This document shows, in pieces, positions 9,291-19,394 of a DNA stretch of 62,076 bases. The DNA comes from a virus (Duplodnaviria; Caudoviricetes): the IMG/VR virus record IMGVR_UViG_3300028399_000007, positions 1 through 62,076 of that record, one strand, 5' to 3'. The position numbers and the translations under genes are program-made. Under the pieces are notes generated by a model that was given only the letters and a program-made list of their open reading frames with translations, did no database searches and was not told the DNA's origin. Every line of letters begins with the position of its first letter. The first letter of the stretch is position 1.

Positions 9291-10058
9291 TTACTTGTCC
9301 AACATCCTTACATTCAAATCAGCACGCATCAAAGTTGTATCACTATAGCGCGGCGGCCTGATCCCGCGCCGTCCTTCGATCCAGCAAAACGCGGATTCAG
9401 CCGGGTAATTCTCCATATCCCATGAAAAGAAAAACGGTTTTGTCTCAGCGTGCTCAAAAAACGGGTTTAAGGTATTACGCACCCAATCAGGATCTAATAA
9501 CTGCAATCCGATCCGTGTCTCTAGTGCTTGGTACTTGACTGATCTACCAAGCAACAAGCCCGTATCACTGATATTAGTATTGTACCGCGATCCCCCTGCC
9601 ATACCCGGCGGCACAAAGCCTTTATCAAGGCCACGTGGTATAGATAAAACGTTACCTATTGATACACAGGTCAAAAAGGTTGAAACCGTGCAACTGGCTA
9701 TACTGATCCGCCAGTAAGGTTGTATCGTTGACGACCATACTTTGAAAATAACCGGATCATCCGTATCAGGCGTGATCGTAGATGTGGCATTAGTCCAATC
9801 TGTACCTGTCGATCCATATTGGAAGGTAACACGTGATCCCTTACTGCCCAGATTGTGCCTGAAAATAGCACCATAGGAACACGTTACACCGCCGCTAATA
9901 TATGCCTGTAAATTCTGCGTGCCAGTGCTGGCAGGCTGCCAAAAATCATAAGGTGCCCAGTCATAGGCGTTTTCTTTAGGACCAGCGACAGATTCAGCCG
10001 ATGCAGATACAACGGCACTGGTGTAGATATTGTGATAACCGAAACGTGGTGTGCTCAT
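9291..10058 (-). CDS. distal tail / virion structural protein
   Basis: Directly downstream of tape measure gene. Confidence 0.65.
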   Translation of the reverse strand: MSTPRFGYHNIYTSAVVSASAESVAGPKENAYDWAPYDFWQPASTGTQNLQAYISGGVTCSYGAIFRHNLGSKGSRVTFQYGSTGTDWTNATSTITPDTDDPVIFKVWSSTIQPYWRISIASCTVSTFLTCVSIGNVLSIPRGLDKGFVPPGMAGGSRYNTNISDTGLLLGRSVKYQALETRIGLQLLDPDWVRNTLNPFFEHAETKPFFFSWDMENYPAESAFCWIEGRRGIRPPRYSDTTLMRADLNVRMLDK

Positions 10059-12550
10059 ACCCTGATCTCCACGCCATCACCGATCTCTTCATTGATCCGC
10101 CTGATCAAATTGCGCACAGCGGCTTTTGAGATCAGTTCATCATCATCGCCAAGATTGACGCTAACTTGTGTCTGCTGCTGCGCCTGCACATTTTGCGGGG
10201 CTAGCGGCTGGTTAGGTACTTGGGTAACAGGTGGCGCGGCGGATGTGACCAAGGATGGCACGGCACCACCACCAAAGGACTGCGATTTTATAGCATTGAC
10301 ATTGGCAAACCCGGCGGCGGCTACCAGTGCTGCCATAGGCGGGCCTATGATCGGTCCTAGTTCCCATGCTTTGTTCATGCCTTCATAAGTGCTGATAATA
10401 GCATTGGCAATACTGGCCGCTTTGTTTATCTCGAACGCGGTTTTGTTGTACCTAGCAATACCTGACGTTAGTGACGTTAGTTCGCCAATGATAAATTTAC
10501 TTTTCTGGCGTAAGTTAAGCTCTTCAAATTTACGCCGTTGCAGGATCCCCTGTGCTTCCAAGTGACCTAATCTAGCTTGGTGCCTTAGTTCAAGTTCCTC
10601 CCGCTGCTTCAAAAATTCTTCCTCAAGCAAAAGCATAGCCTCATTGGCCGCCATAGCCTGCGCCATGGTGCCCTCGGCAGTGATATTCTCAAGCTCCATG
10701 CGGCGATTACGGTAGTCCAGTTCCAATTTTTCCAGATCGGTAAGGAACATCCGCCGTGTTTCAAGGATCAAGCGATCACGTTCTTCTGATAGTCGCAGTT
10801 CCTCTTTAGGATCGAGCGCACCCCCACCACCTGCCTCATCAGGCGCACCGGGTACGGCGGCACCGGGCGCTGACTTGGGCTTCTGTAAATCTTCTATTTT
10901 CTTTTTAAGTTCATCAATGACAGATACAAGCAATCGTGCTTCTTCTGCTAATTTTTGGAACCTTGACTGTGCTACGGAAGCCTGTGACACATCACCTGCA
11001 GCCTGCAACCTGTTCATGCGTATAGCCGCTTCTTCAAGCTCAGTGGAAAGTTCCTTGTATTGATCAGTAAGTTCCTTTAATTCTTCGGTAGCGGCGTTTA
11101 GTTGCAACGCCTGCTGATTGCCCTGCAATTCAAGCAATCTGGTATTTAAGTCTTTTACTGACCGCTGTGCTGCATCGGCACTGTCTCCAAATGAGAACAA
11201 TGCCGTAGCGCCTAGCAGTACCAGCCCACCGGGGCCGCCCAAGAACGCTAACAGGCCACGCAATCCTACCAGTGAGGCACGCAGTATTGACGCACGCTGC
11301 TGTGCTGCTGTAAGGCGCGTAGCAAACAGTAGGGCATTCCTGCCAGCGATCAAGAACGATGTGCCAATAGAAGCTATTAATGGACCTAAGAAACGTGCAG
11401 CACTGAAAGCCAACAAGGCTTTTAAGGCACTGCCTATAAGTCCTATGTTATCTTTTATTACAAATGTCAGTTTGCTAATAGACTGCACAAATCCACGTAG
11501 TGCGTCAGTGTCACCAAATATCTCAATCTTCAACTCTTCTAATGCGCTGCCTAGTCGTTTCAAATCGCCTTCAAGATTGTCAAAATTTGTTTGTGCCTGT
11601 ACAAATGCAGTGTTTGTGCCTTCTAACTGTTCGGCAAGCTCTGCTACTGAGTCTGCTTCTGCTACAAGTTGTTGCGCAACAACAACGGCACGCAAACCAA
11701 ACATTTTATTAAGCTCATCGACAGATAAATTCATGGCACGTAAATTTTGCAGCGCCTTTGTTAGCCCTACTACTGACGGCTTCAAATTTTTGTTAGTAGA
11801 TGATTCAAGACGCAACAATACGTTTCTTAGGCCAGTGCCAGCGTCACTGCCTTTTATTGCGATCTTTGCAAGTTGTTGAATAATGGAATTTGTCTCTTCA
11901 AAAGATATGCCCATTGACGCGGCTACCGTACCAGCCAAGCGCATAGCCTCTGCCGTTTCAGTTATCTCAGACGCACCCAGCCTAGCACCTTCTGCCATAA
12001 CATTTATAAAACGATTTGCCTGTTCAGCACCAGCGCCAAATTGATTTAGTGCACCGCCCAATGCCCTAGCAGCATCAGGTAATGATATGCCAGCGGCCTC
12101 AGCCAAGGTAACGGCGCTTTGTGTTACTTGTCTTAGTGCTTCAACGTTTTCAAGCAGATCAGGTTTAGCACTGGCGATTAACTTAAATGCTTCCGCAGCC
12201 TGCGATGCAGATAATGTAGTAGCCGCGCCCATTTCACGCGCAGCATCGCGCAGAAACTCCAGATCCCTACCAGTAGCTCCAGTTATAGCTGATAGATTTG
12301 AAATAGATTTTTCAAATCCTATTACCGTGTTTATAGAATCGCGCAGTATTAGACCGGCACCCAAACTACCGATTAATGTTCTTACTGAGAAAAGGGATTT
12401 TTTAAGACGATCAAATGCTGTGCTAGCACGGCCAACAGACTGCTCGGCGCGTGTCGCCATGCGATTCAAGCGATCCTCTATGCGCCTTATGCCGCTTTCA
12501 GATCGCTTGGGATCGATCTCAATGCCAAGTTCAGCTATTTCTGTTGCCAT
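10055..12550 (-). CDS. tail tape measure protein
   Basis: 831 aa Ala-rich helical protein with TP901-type core; follows tail chaperones. Confidence 0.92.
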   Translation of the reverse strand: MATEIAELGIEIDPKRSESGIRRIEDRLNRMATRAEQSVGRASTAFDRLKKSLFSVRTLIGSLGAGLILRDSINTVIGFEKSISNLSAITGATGRDLEFLRDAAREMGAATTLSASQAAEAFKLIASAKPDLLENVEALRQVTQSAVTLAEAAGISLPDAARALGGALNQFGAGAEQANRFINVMAEGARLGASEITETAEAMRLAGTVAASMGISFEETNSIIQQLAKIAIKGSDAGTGLRNVLLRLESSTNKNLKPSVVGLTKALQNLRAMNLSVDELNKMFGLRAVVVAQQLVAEADSVAELAEQLEGTNTAFVQAQTNFDNLEGDLKRLGSALEELKIEIFGDTDALRGFVQSISKLTFVIKDNIGLIGSALKALLAFSAARFLGPLIASIGTSFLIAGRNALLFATRLTAAQQRASILRASLVGLRGLLAFLGGPGGLVLLGATALFSFGDSADAAQRSVKDLNTRLLELQGNQQALQLNAATEELKELTDQYKELSTELEEAAIRMNRLQAAGDVSQASVAQSRFQKLAEEARLLVSVIDELKKKIEDLQKPKSAPGAAVPGAPDEAGGGGALDPKEELRLSEERDRLILETRRMFLTDLEKLELDYRNRRMELENITAEGTMAQAMAANEAMLLLEEEFLKQREELELRHQARLGHLEAQGILQRRKFEELNLRQKSKFIIGELTSLTSGIARYNKTAFEINKAASIANAIISTYEGMNKAWELGPIIGPPMAALVAAAGFANVNAIKSQSFGGGAVPSLVTSAAPPVTQVPNQPLAPQNVQAQQQTQVSVNLGDDDELISKAAVRNLIRRINEEIGDGVEIRV

Positions 12551-12878
12551 TTTTCAACTTGGCTTTATGTTGATTTACGTTCTCATCGACAAACGCATGA
12601 TCCATTTTACGCAGTAGGAATACAAATTCTTCTACATCGTCAATGCCGTACAAATCACAATAAGCCTTGATCTCCGTCAGTGGTATGTAAGAAAAACTAT
12701 CCGCCCTACTACATGACAATATATTGAAAGCATCGACGATATAGGACAAATCTTCAAAGTATTCAGGCTTGTCCTGCAATGCTTGTGGCATTTTTCCGGT
12801 ATCCTCATAGATGCCTTCAAGAAATTCTATATGCTCCCCCCATTGCGCCACCCAACGGACGAAGTTAGCTAGTTTTTT
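12531..12878 (-). CDS. tail assembly chaperone, C-terminal part reached by -1 frameshift
   Basis: Slippery A AAA AAC at 12878-12872 just before TAG; the -1 frame reads KLANFVRWVAQW into the 12531-12851 ORF. Confidence 0.8.
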   Translation of the reverse strand, partial: KKLANFVRWVAQWGEHIEFLEGIYEDTGKMPQALQDKPEYFEDLSYIVDAFNILSCSRADSFSYIPLTEIKAYCDLYGIDDVEEFVFLLRKMDHAFVDENVNQHKAKLKNGNRNS

Positions 12879-13267
12879 GCCGATTCCTCCAGTTCTTCCT
12901 GTTGATAGACCTCCATATCAGACGCAAGTGATACGACAAGCTCCCTGAAATCCTTGTAGGACGGATCTGAAAGGATCTGGTAAGCCCGTTCCTCGCTATA
13001 AGGCACGGGTTCACCATTTTCCTCAAGGCCACTCCAACCCAGTAACACAGATTTTGCAATGGCCTTGTTTAGCAGTTCCTCGACAACCTCATCACTTAGC
13101 GTGTTGTTACGGATCATAGCCTTGTAAGGCTTCATCAAAATCTTGAGATGGTTACGGTATGCACTATTGCCAAGTCTTGCCAATTTTAGTTGCGTACCAT
13201 TTCCAACTTCTACCCAAGTACCCTCCTCTTCTAGTTTTCTATTGGTTTTGAAATCTGAAAGATCCAT
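12869..13267 (-). CDS. tail assembly chaperone
   Basis: Between tail tube and TMP; EEEGTWV..LLGWSG motifs. Confidence 0.85.
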   Translation of the reverse strand: MDLSDFKTNRKLEEEGTWVEVGNGTQLKLARLGNSAYRNHLKILMKPYKAMIRNNTLSDEVVEELLNKAIAKSVLLGWSGLEENGEPVPYSEERAYQILSDPSYKDFRELVVSLASDMEVYQQEELEESAKN

Positions 13268-13281
13268 AACTACCTCTTATG

Positions 13282-14472
13282 TTAATCTAGAATATCGAAT
13301 TGAATAGCATAGGTGCCGGTATCGTCAATGTAAGCACCCCAGCTAAAGTCCTGCATAATATCTGCATTACCTCCACCAGCCGCAACGTTGCCTTCTGTTA
13401 GTCGGACATTAGGGATTGTGATAATAATACTCTGTCCATCAGCGTCATCAACTTGGAAACGCAAAAGTGTGCTAGTGCCGTTCACAAATTTATTAAGCAC
13501 ATCATTGTTTTCAAAGTACGCTGATAGCGATCCAGTAACTTCACAACGACCTGTTGCAACACCAGCCAGTTGATCACTGCCAACCTTGTCCTGTTCACGT
13601 GGGTTATTGGCAAGTTCAATAGAGATGCTTTTGAACACGATACCACTGATCGTTTCACCACCTTCCCATATCCTGCCTACGTTGCCGCTAGCATTCATCA
13701 CGCTGTTGTTACTAGCCGGGGTAGTAGTGCTGGCTATGGTTGCACTGGTAACAGTGATGCCTTTACCCGTAAACGAGAAACTACCAGTCAGGATCGCACG
13801 TGATTCGATATTGAGCGACATACTGCCAACACGCATACCGGGGAATTGGTGTACCGCACTTGCCACGTCCTGAAACTGTTTCTCAATCGTGTAGCTTTTT
13901 GGTGTGGTACCATTGCGTGCCATCTTTCCTTGCATACGTGTAGAAGCAGCAAACACCTCACTGGTAAATGATGCTGCATTGCCGCTGCTAGCATCCGCCA
14001 AAAACGCAACATAGCCGCCACCACCTAGGGAACTTACATGAGTGACACGGTAATCACCGTCATTTGAAGATGTGGTAGCGTTTTTGACACGGATAAACTG
14101 ACCTGACACTAGTGCCACAAGTGCCGAATTATCTGCTTGGATGTGTGCGCCTGAGAACCGCGCTGAGGCGACGTTTGTGCTAACTATGGTATTGGTAAAC
14201 GTATCCTGTAGCGCACCCTCTATGAACGCATCCCAGTCTGAAAACCGCATCTCAAAGCCAATGTCACCGCTGGCACCGCCACCTACTTTGATAATGTCCT
14301 CTACATTGCGATCAGCGCGGATCGTTTCAGACGTGACGGTATTAATGTCTGATTTAAGGCTTTCAGATGTAATAGGCAATACTTTCATATTGGGGCCGGA
14401 CGGCGTGGTGCCCCAAGTCGTCTCTTCTACAAAAGAAACTTGTGTACGGTTTGAATCTGCAAAATTTGACAT
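13282..14472 (-). CDS. major tail tube protein
   Basis: EETTWGTTP..SETIRADRN..SYTIEK..YFEN tail tube motifs. Confidence 0.88.
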   Translation of the reverse strand: MSNFADSNRTQVSFVEETTWGTTPSGPNMKVLPITSESLKSDINTVTSETIRADRNVEDIIKVGGGASGDIGFEMRFSDWDAFIEGALQDTFTNTIVSTNVASARFSGAHIQADNSALVALVSGQFIRVKNATTSSNDGDYRVTHVSSLGGGGYVAFLADASSGNAASFTSEVFAASTRMQGKMARNGTTPKSYTIEKQFQDVASAVHQFPGMRVGSMSLNIESRAILTGSFSFTGKGITVTSATIASTTTPASNNSVMNASGNVGRIWEGGETISGIVFKSISIELANNPREQDKVGSDQLAGVATGRCEVTGSLSAYFENNDVLNKFVNGTSTLLRFQVDDADGQSIIITIPNVRLTEGNVAAGGGNADIMQDFSWGAYIDDTGTYAIQFDILD

Positions 14473-14561
14473 TGTGCTCCCCCTGAAAAGTCAGTATGTC
14501 CGGGGGAGGCGATTGGTGCGAGGCGTTTGAGCGAGGCTAACCAGCGTGCCCGGTTTTTGTA

Positions 14562-14589
14562 AGTATATGCACTATATGACTACTGTCAA
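14562..14589 (-). promoter_or_regulatory. sigma70-type promoter upstream of major tail gene
   Basis: TTGACA-N16-TATACT on minus strand. Confidence 0.6.
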
Positions 14590-14699
14590 GGTTGATCCTT
14601 TTCATCATCCTGTTTTTCAAGCCAAGTTTCCCATGCCTTGATCATGCCTTTGAAAAGGCGGATCAACGTCTCATGCAATACACGTGTAGCGGGTTTCAT
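14586..14699 (-). CDS. 37-aa hypothetical protein (not in ORF track)
   Basis: MKPATRVLHETLIRLFKGMIKAWETWLEKQDDEKDQP; start overlaps stop of tail terminator gene. Confidence 0.55.
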   Translation of the reverse strand: MKPATRVLHETLIRLFKGMIKAWETWLEKQDDEKDQP

Positions 14700-15094
14700 G
14701 CACTGTAAACACCGTCCCAGTAAAATGGGATGCTAAGGATCATCATATACCACCCATCTTTCAGGATCCCTGTGCTAAGTGACGCCTCCCTGCAAGTGAT
14801 GCCGTTGAATTGTTTATCACGGAAAATATCAGCCAATAAATCAGCGTTTTCCCTTATTTCCTTGGTACCTGTATTTTCTGGTGAATACAAAGAAATTGAT
14901 ATTGTGCCGCTAACGCGATGCACACCGGGATTGCCTATATTGACGCGCCGCACGTCATCCTCGAATATGCGTAAACTGATCCACGATTGATCTTTAGGTG
15001 GCGTAAACGGCACGTTATCATACGCAATTTGCGTTAGCGCCCAATTGCTATCCAGACGTTTTTCTATGTCTCTACGCGCTGTAGCAAAGCTCAT
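14696..15094 (-). CDS. tail terminator protein
   Basis: IAYDNVPFTPP..W..GT..I..P pattern; synteny. Confidence 0.75.
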   Translation of the reverse strand: MSFATARRDIEKRLDSNWALTQIAYDNVPFTPPKDQSWISLRIFEDDVRRVNIGNPGVHRVSGTISISLYSPENTGTKEIRENADLLADIFRDKQFNGITCREASLSTGILKDGWYMMILSIPFYWDGVYSA

Positions 15095-15522
15095 TTCAAT
15101 GCACCTATTGCGTCATCGAGGTACAATCGTATCACGTTCATAGTACGTTGCACCATTTCCCCCTTGTCAGGTTGTTTGAACGTGATCCCTTCACGCGGGT
15201 ATTCCAAGTAAACTATGTACGGCAGATTATTTGTAACAAAAAACTTGGGTAGGTCATCACCCGCGCCTAATGACACTGGTGGCGCAGGCGGATCAGGCAA
15301 GCGCGTACCTTTGGGCGGCTTATCAGGGTAACTAGAATCGATCTCATTTGCAGTAATGTTCCAGCTAGCCCGTGCCCAACCCGTATCAACCGGCGTTTTT
15401 TCTACAACACTTTCAAAAGCCTTAAATGCAGTTAACTTGGCAACTGTGCCGACGTTAATTGACGCCAGTTTAGCAAATTCCTTGATCTTGGCAGAAAATT
15501 CCTTTTTGTTGGTTATGCGCAT
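15091..15522 (-). CDS. neck/tail completion protein (HK97 gp10-like)
   Basis: TPVDTGWARASW and NNLPYIVYLEY motifs. Confidence 0.8.
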   Translation of the reverse strand: MRITNKKEFSAKIKEFAKLASINVGTVAKLTAFKAFESVVEKTPVDTGWARASWNITANEIDSSYPDKPPKGTRLPDPPAPPVSLGAGDDLPKFFVTNNLPYIVYLEYPREGITFKQPDKGEMVQRTMNVIRLYLDDAIGALK

Positions 15523-15529
15523 AACCATG

Positions 15530-15904
15530 TTATGACTTCCTAAGTTGCAGATCCCAAATAGCACCTACTGGATCTTGCTTAATATCGACAACAGCATAAG
15601 CAACACTAGCGCCAGCTTCAACCAGTTCTATACGATCATGCAGTTCCGGTACTACCGGCAAACTGGATTGTGGAAACAAAAGTTTCAAATCAGTTGGCAG
15701 TATCTTCTCATTATCAATCTGAAATGATTTGTATTTTGAAAAAATACCGCTGACTGCATAAACACTGTTTTGATCGTTGACTGCGCCAGCCGATACATTG
15801 TACACCGTAGAAACTTTAGCGTAGTAACTAAAGTCCTTTGGTATATCGCCAACGGCGTTAAAAACCGTCTTGGCTGCGTTGCGCAATGTATCAGCCAATC
15901 CCAT
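15530..15904 (-). CDS. head closure/stopper protein
   Basis: Synteny; C-terminal WDLQLRK. Confidence 0.65.
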   Translation of the reverse strand: MGLADTLRNAAKTVFNAVGDIPKDFSYYAKVSTVYNVSAGAVNDQNSVYAVSGIFSKYKSFQIDNEKILPTDLKLLFPQSSLPVVPELHDRIELVEAGASVAYAVVDIKQDPVGAIWDLQLRKS

Positions 15905-16218
15905 CAGGGACCTACCTTAATACGAAGTTTTTGTTTCCATCGCCTGCTATTAGGTGCAGGCGTGAAAATTTTACTGGTTAATGTGTAACTTGTATTTGCA
16001 TTGCCGACACTAGGCTCTACCCATATAACAGTTTTAGTGCCGTTCACTTTCGATGATGAAATAGATAAGGCACTTGGCGTTACTGACCATACCGCACTTG
16101 CAATAGTATCACTAACTTCTGCCAAGAAAGCAGACCATTCAACTGTAGGCGCGAATCGTGTGCCGGGCAGCACATTCCAGTACGGTACGCCGTCTGAATC
16201 AACTTTTATGCTGCTCAT
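15904..16218 (-). CDS. small virion structural protein
   Basis: WSAFL..DTIASAVW..YTLTSKI pattern, beta-rich. Confidence 0.55.
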   Translation of the reverse strand: MSSIKVDSDGVPYWNVLPGTRFAPTVEWSAFLAEVSDTIASAVWSVTPSALSISSSKVNGTKTVIWVEPSVGNANTSYTLTSKIFTPAPNSRRWKQKLRIKVGP

Positions 16219-16220
16219 GG

Positions 16221-16604
16221 TTACGGTGCCGCGCTATCCTCGATCTCAATATCGAAGGCCGTGGTGTTCAAGCTATTGCCTGCTGTCACTACCTGTGTAC
16301 TGGTAGGCACTAGGTAACATACAAAAGCACTTGTGGAATTGACCAGTGCCGTGTGCGTTGCAGATCCCGTTGTCGTTACTGAAATACCTGAAACAATTGC
16401 CACGGTCATCTTCCTGCCGCTAACGTCACCATCTGCCAAGGTAAATACAGTAGAGGCGATTGCAATAGAGGCCAGAGCATGTGCTTTTGCACTGGCATAA
16501 GTCATGGGATGGACACCACTGCTCATAATGAACATTTTTTCAGTGTTGTCCTTCACCCAGTTAAGTGCTGCATCTAGCATCAAGTCATTTTGTGATCTGG
16601 CCAT
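16221..16604 (-). CDS. virion structural protein
   Basis: DAALNW..ADGDVSGRKMTV..GSATH motif; Ser/Thr-rich. Confidence 0.6.
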   Translation of the reverse strand: MARSQNDLMLDAALNWVKDNTEKMFIMSSGVHPMTYASAKAHALASIAIASTVFTLADGDVSGRKMTVAIVSGISVTTTGSATHTALVNSTSAFVCYLVPTSTQVVTAGNSLNTTAFDIEIEDSAAP

Positions 16605-16607
16605 TTC

Positions 16608-18128
16608 CTACCTCCTGATATATGTAAAACTATTGGCTGACACTGTATAAGTACCCATTCCAATTCCAGTATTATAGACCATGTTCTCTGATCCAACCAT
16701 CCACGTAAGATCAGGGTGTGGTATAAACGGCACAGGCGGTTGCCAAGTAATAAAATCTACTGTATGCCTGTGCCTAGCTGACAGTAACTGCATTTTATGC
16801 AGTTGTGTCAATAAAACACTGTCAGATTTTATGAGATGCTTGGCTGAACTGCTTTTTAGGTAGTGGGTTTGCCCAATATCATTGGCGTCTGATATATGAA
16901 CATGCTTGGCGCTTTTTACAGATAGATTAGCATAGTACGACAGATAAACTATATCTGCTGTATGTCTGTGCCTAGCACTGCTTATGCCCAGTTCATGTGT
17001 CTGGTTTAGCGTATTTGAATCAGCCTTGTGCAAATGCTTGGCACTTTGTATGCGCAGATCACCAAGAACCTCTATGCCTATGTTATCTGCCTTATGTAAA
17101 TGCTTGGCACTGTTTACAGAAAGATTATGTACCTGTGATATTGCATTCTGATCTGCTTTTTGTAAATGCTTGGCGCTATCATTAAACAGATTGTGAGTTT
17201 GTACTAAATCATTCTGATCTGCTTTTTGTAAATGCTTGGCGCTATTTACGCTTAACTCATGCGTCTGGTTTAGTGCATTATTATCTGCTTTTTGTAAATG
17301 CTTGGCACTAGTGACAGTTAAATTATGCGTCTGTAAAATTTTGTTGCTATCTGCTTTTTGTAAATGCTTGGCAGATTTAACATCGAGGAAAGCAGCACTG
17401 TCTCCTGCCGTAAAAGCCTCAAACGCTATTACAGTAGCGGCAAATCTGGATACAGTCGTATTTTCTGACCATTCCTGCATTTCAATAAGGCCAGATACGA
17501 TTGACGATTTATAACTTGAAACTGTCCCGCCATAGGTACCGCCAAAATCCGCTATTTCAGTTTGCGCCGACCCCTGCGCTAATGCGCCTGTAGATTTTCC
17601 AGTCCAGCTAATGCCAAAGTAATCAACCACCAACACACTAGCAACGGGGCTAGTAACAGTAGCAGACATAATTTGCGACGATGAATAATTGCTAGTATCC
17701 GCTTTTTGGACGAAGATAGATGGATCAGCCTGTTTTACATTTGTTACTTCATGGACCTGCCAAATATGCCTTTGACACGCACCGTCATTATTGACGACTA
17801 TATCAATTACTGTAGAAGCCGCCGTTGTACTTGGCAATGCGCTGCCATATACAACGTAAACATCTGAAACAGACGAATAAGGACTTTCTTCAGCACGTAT
17901 CAAAGTGCCGACTTGATTAACGCCACTACCTATGCCGCTGTTTACACCGGGCGGATCTACTTGTATTGACGCTGTACCATTGTCAGGTTGGGATGAGTTG
18001 TCTTTTGAAAGATTTGAAATGACCAACATTCTGTTGGTATTTGAGGACGATATAACTACTGGTATGGTACTGCTTACAGTACCAAAAAGATTGGACGTAC
18101 CCAGTAGCTTTACTGCTGCAAATGCCAC
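16608..18128 (-). CDS. virion protein with ~10 His-containing ~22-aa repeats
   Basis: SAKHLQKADxNxLxQxHxLxV repeats in C-terminal half. Confidence 0.75.
   Translation of the reverse strand: MAFAAVKLLGTSNLFGTVSSTIPVVISSSNTNRMLVISNLSKDNSSQPDNGTASIQVDPPGVNSGIGSGVNQVGTLIRAEESPYSSVSDVYVVYGSALPSTTAASTVIDIVVNNDGACQRHIWQVHEVTNVKQADPSIFVQKADTSNYSSSQIMSATVTSPVASVLVVDYFGISWTGKSTGALAQGSAQTEIADFGGTYGGTVSSYKSSIVSGLIEMQEWSENTTVSRFAATVIAFEAFTAGDSAAFLDVKSAKHLQKADSNKILQTHNLTVTSAKHLQKADNNALNQTHELSVNSAKHLQKADQNDLVQTHNLFNDSAKHLQKADQNAISQVHNLSVNSAKHLHKADNIGIEVLGDLRIQSAKHLHKADSNTLNQTHELGISSARHRHTADIVYLSYYANLSVKSAKHVHISDANDIGQTHYLKSSSAKHLIKSDSVLLTQLHKMQLLSARHRHTVDFITWQPPVPFIPHPDLTWMVGSENMVYNTGIGMGTYTVSANSFTYIRR
16760..17375 (-). 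repeat. 66-bp coding tandem repeat
   Basis: ATCTGCTTTTTGTAAATGCTTGGC recurs at 17151, 17217, 17283, 17349, with degenerate copies further on. Confidence 0.85.
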
Positions 18129-18131
18129 TTA

Positions 18132-18650
18132 TCATGCCCTCACCAAGTCAACGGTCTTACTGCCTCCACGTTTTCTTAGCTGGCCATAAGGCTCTACAAA
18201 CGCTATAACTGAATCAGGCAGTGCGCCGTATTTATCACGATCCAATTTATCGATCTCAAGTTCTAAATCGCCTACCTTCAAACGACTAAAGCCTAGCGTA
18301 TCTGGCTGCCCTGTTGAATCAACTTGCAACAAGTAACCTGCAAGCTCAGATGTTGCGTTTTTAATATCGTCAGGGATAACATCACTATCAATAGCCCAAC
18401 CATCACGGGTATAAACATCATAACGTGGCCAACGTAGTGCCTGATCTTCCTTGGTAATATAGCCCTTCCAATCCACCCATATATCCAGTAAACGGGTAGC
18501 AAACATTAATGCATTTTGCTTATCGGCATTAGTAGCAGCGTCCCACGTATCCTTGTAAATGCGCGTAGCCCAATAATCATCAGCATCAGCGACCGTTACA
18601 TAAGAATTTGCACTACTGCCACCAATAGTTGTATCAAATATAACGGCCAT
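18132..18650 (-). CDS. head-tail adaptor (DnaT-like family)
   Basis: ANSYVTVADADDY..QALRWPR..IPDDIKNA motifs. Confidence 0.8.
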   Translation of the reverse strand: MAVIFDTTIGGSSANSYVTVADADDYWATRIYKDTWDAATNADKQNALMFATRLLDIWVDWKGYITKEDQALRWPRYDVYTRDGWAIDSDVIPDDIKNATSELAGYLLQVDSTGQPDTLGFSRLKVGDLELEIDKLDRDKYGALPDSVIAFVEPYGQLRKRGGSKTVDLVRA

Positions 18651-18662
18651 GCAGCACCTCCA

Positions 18663-19394
18663 TTATACGACTATTTCAATATCTTCAATTTGCAAAGCAT
18701 GCAACATCAGTTGACGTTCTTCATACCATTCATCACCAAACTCACAATTTCTGAACTCGTTAAAGCATGGTGTACCTACAGTATAGTGCACAATCTTGGC
18801 ATCAGGGTTAGGCGGGTATTCGCTAACCAAGTGATTCCATTCAGGCCCAAGTTCACCAATTTGTTCATCCTTACACCATTTGAACTGGTGCAATTCAAGA
18901 CCCGATGCAGTATTTACATATTCAGGCGTTAATCTTTTGCAGGCAGAATGAGAGTTATTGAACACTATTACAGATGACCAGTTTTTACGCTCGTACTTGT
19001 ATTGCACTGTGCCCAAGTATTTTATTTCATCGCGTGGCGTATATTGGTGCTTAACTACACTTACCGCAGTACCAAACAAATCGACCTGATCGATCAGTTC
19101 CTTAATATCGCAACGCACCAGCATGTCACAATCCATGAAAATAGACACGCCTTTATAGCCACTAAGATATGGGACCAGAAAACGGGTAAAGCTAAATTCA
19201 TTGCTTTGTTTATCGTCAATTGGACGATCATGGATTGCTTTTAGCATAGATCGTTTTACTGGGTATATGGCAACAGGCACACTGGCACGTGAAATGATCG
19301 AATGAGATAGCACGTGATACGCAACAGCCTCAACTTGATCAAAACCAATGAAAATTTTAACAACTTCACCGGGTCGTACACTTTTATCAATCAC
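18663..19394 (-). CDS. glycosyltransferase (GT-A, GT8-like)
   Basis: FIGFD, FTRFLVP, MDCDML (DxD), NWSS, WNHLV, HYTVGTP. Confidence 0.85.
   Translation of the reverse strand: MIDKSVRPGEVVKIFIGFDQVEAVAYHVLSHSIISRASVPVAIYPVKRSMLKAIHDRPIDDKQSNEFSFTRFLVPYLSGYKGVSIFMDCDMLVRCDIKELIDQVDLFGTAVSVVKHQYTPRDEIKYLGTVQYKYERKNWSSVIVFNNSHSACKRLTPEYVNTASGLELHQFKWCKDEQIGELGPEWNHLVSEYPPNPDAKIVHYTVGTPCFNEFRNCEFGDEWYEERQLMLHALQIEDIEIVV

Noticed and set aside
11118-12617. Long plus-strand ORFs opposite structural genes (also 28787-29494)
   Set aside because: Antisense shadows of well-supported minus-strand genes
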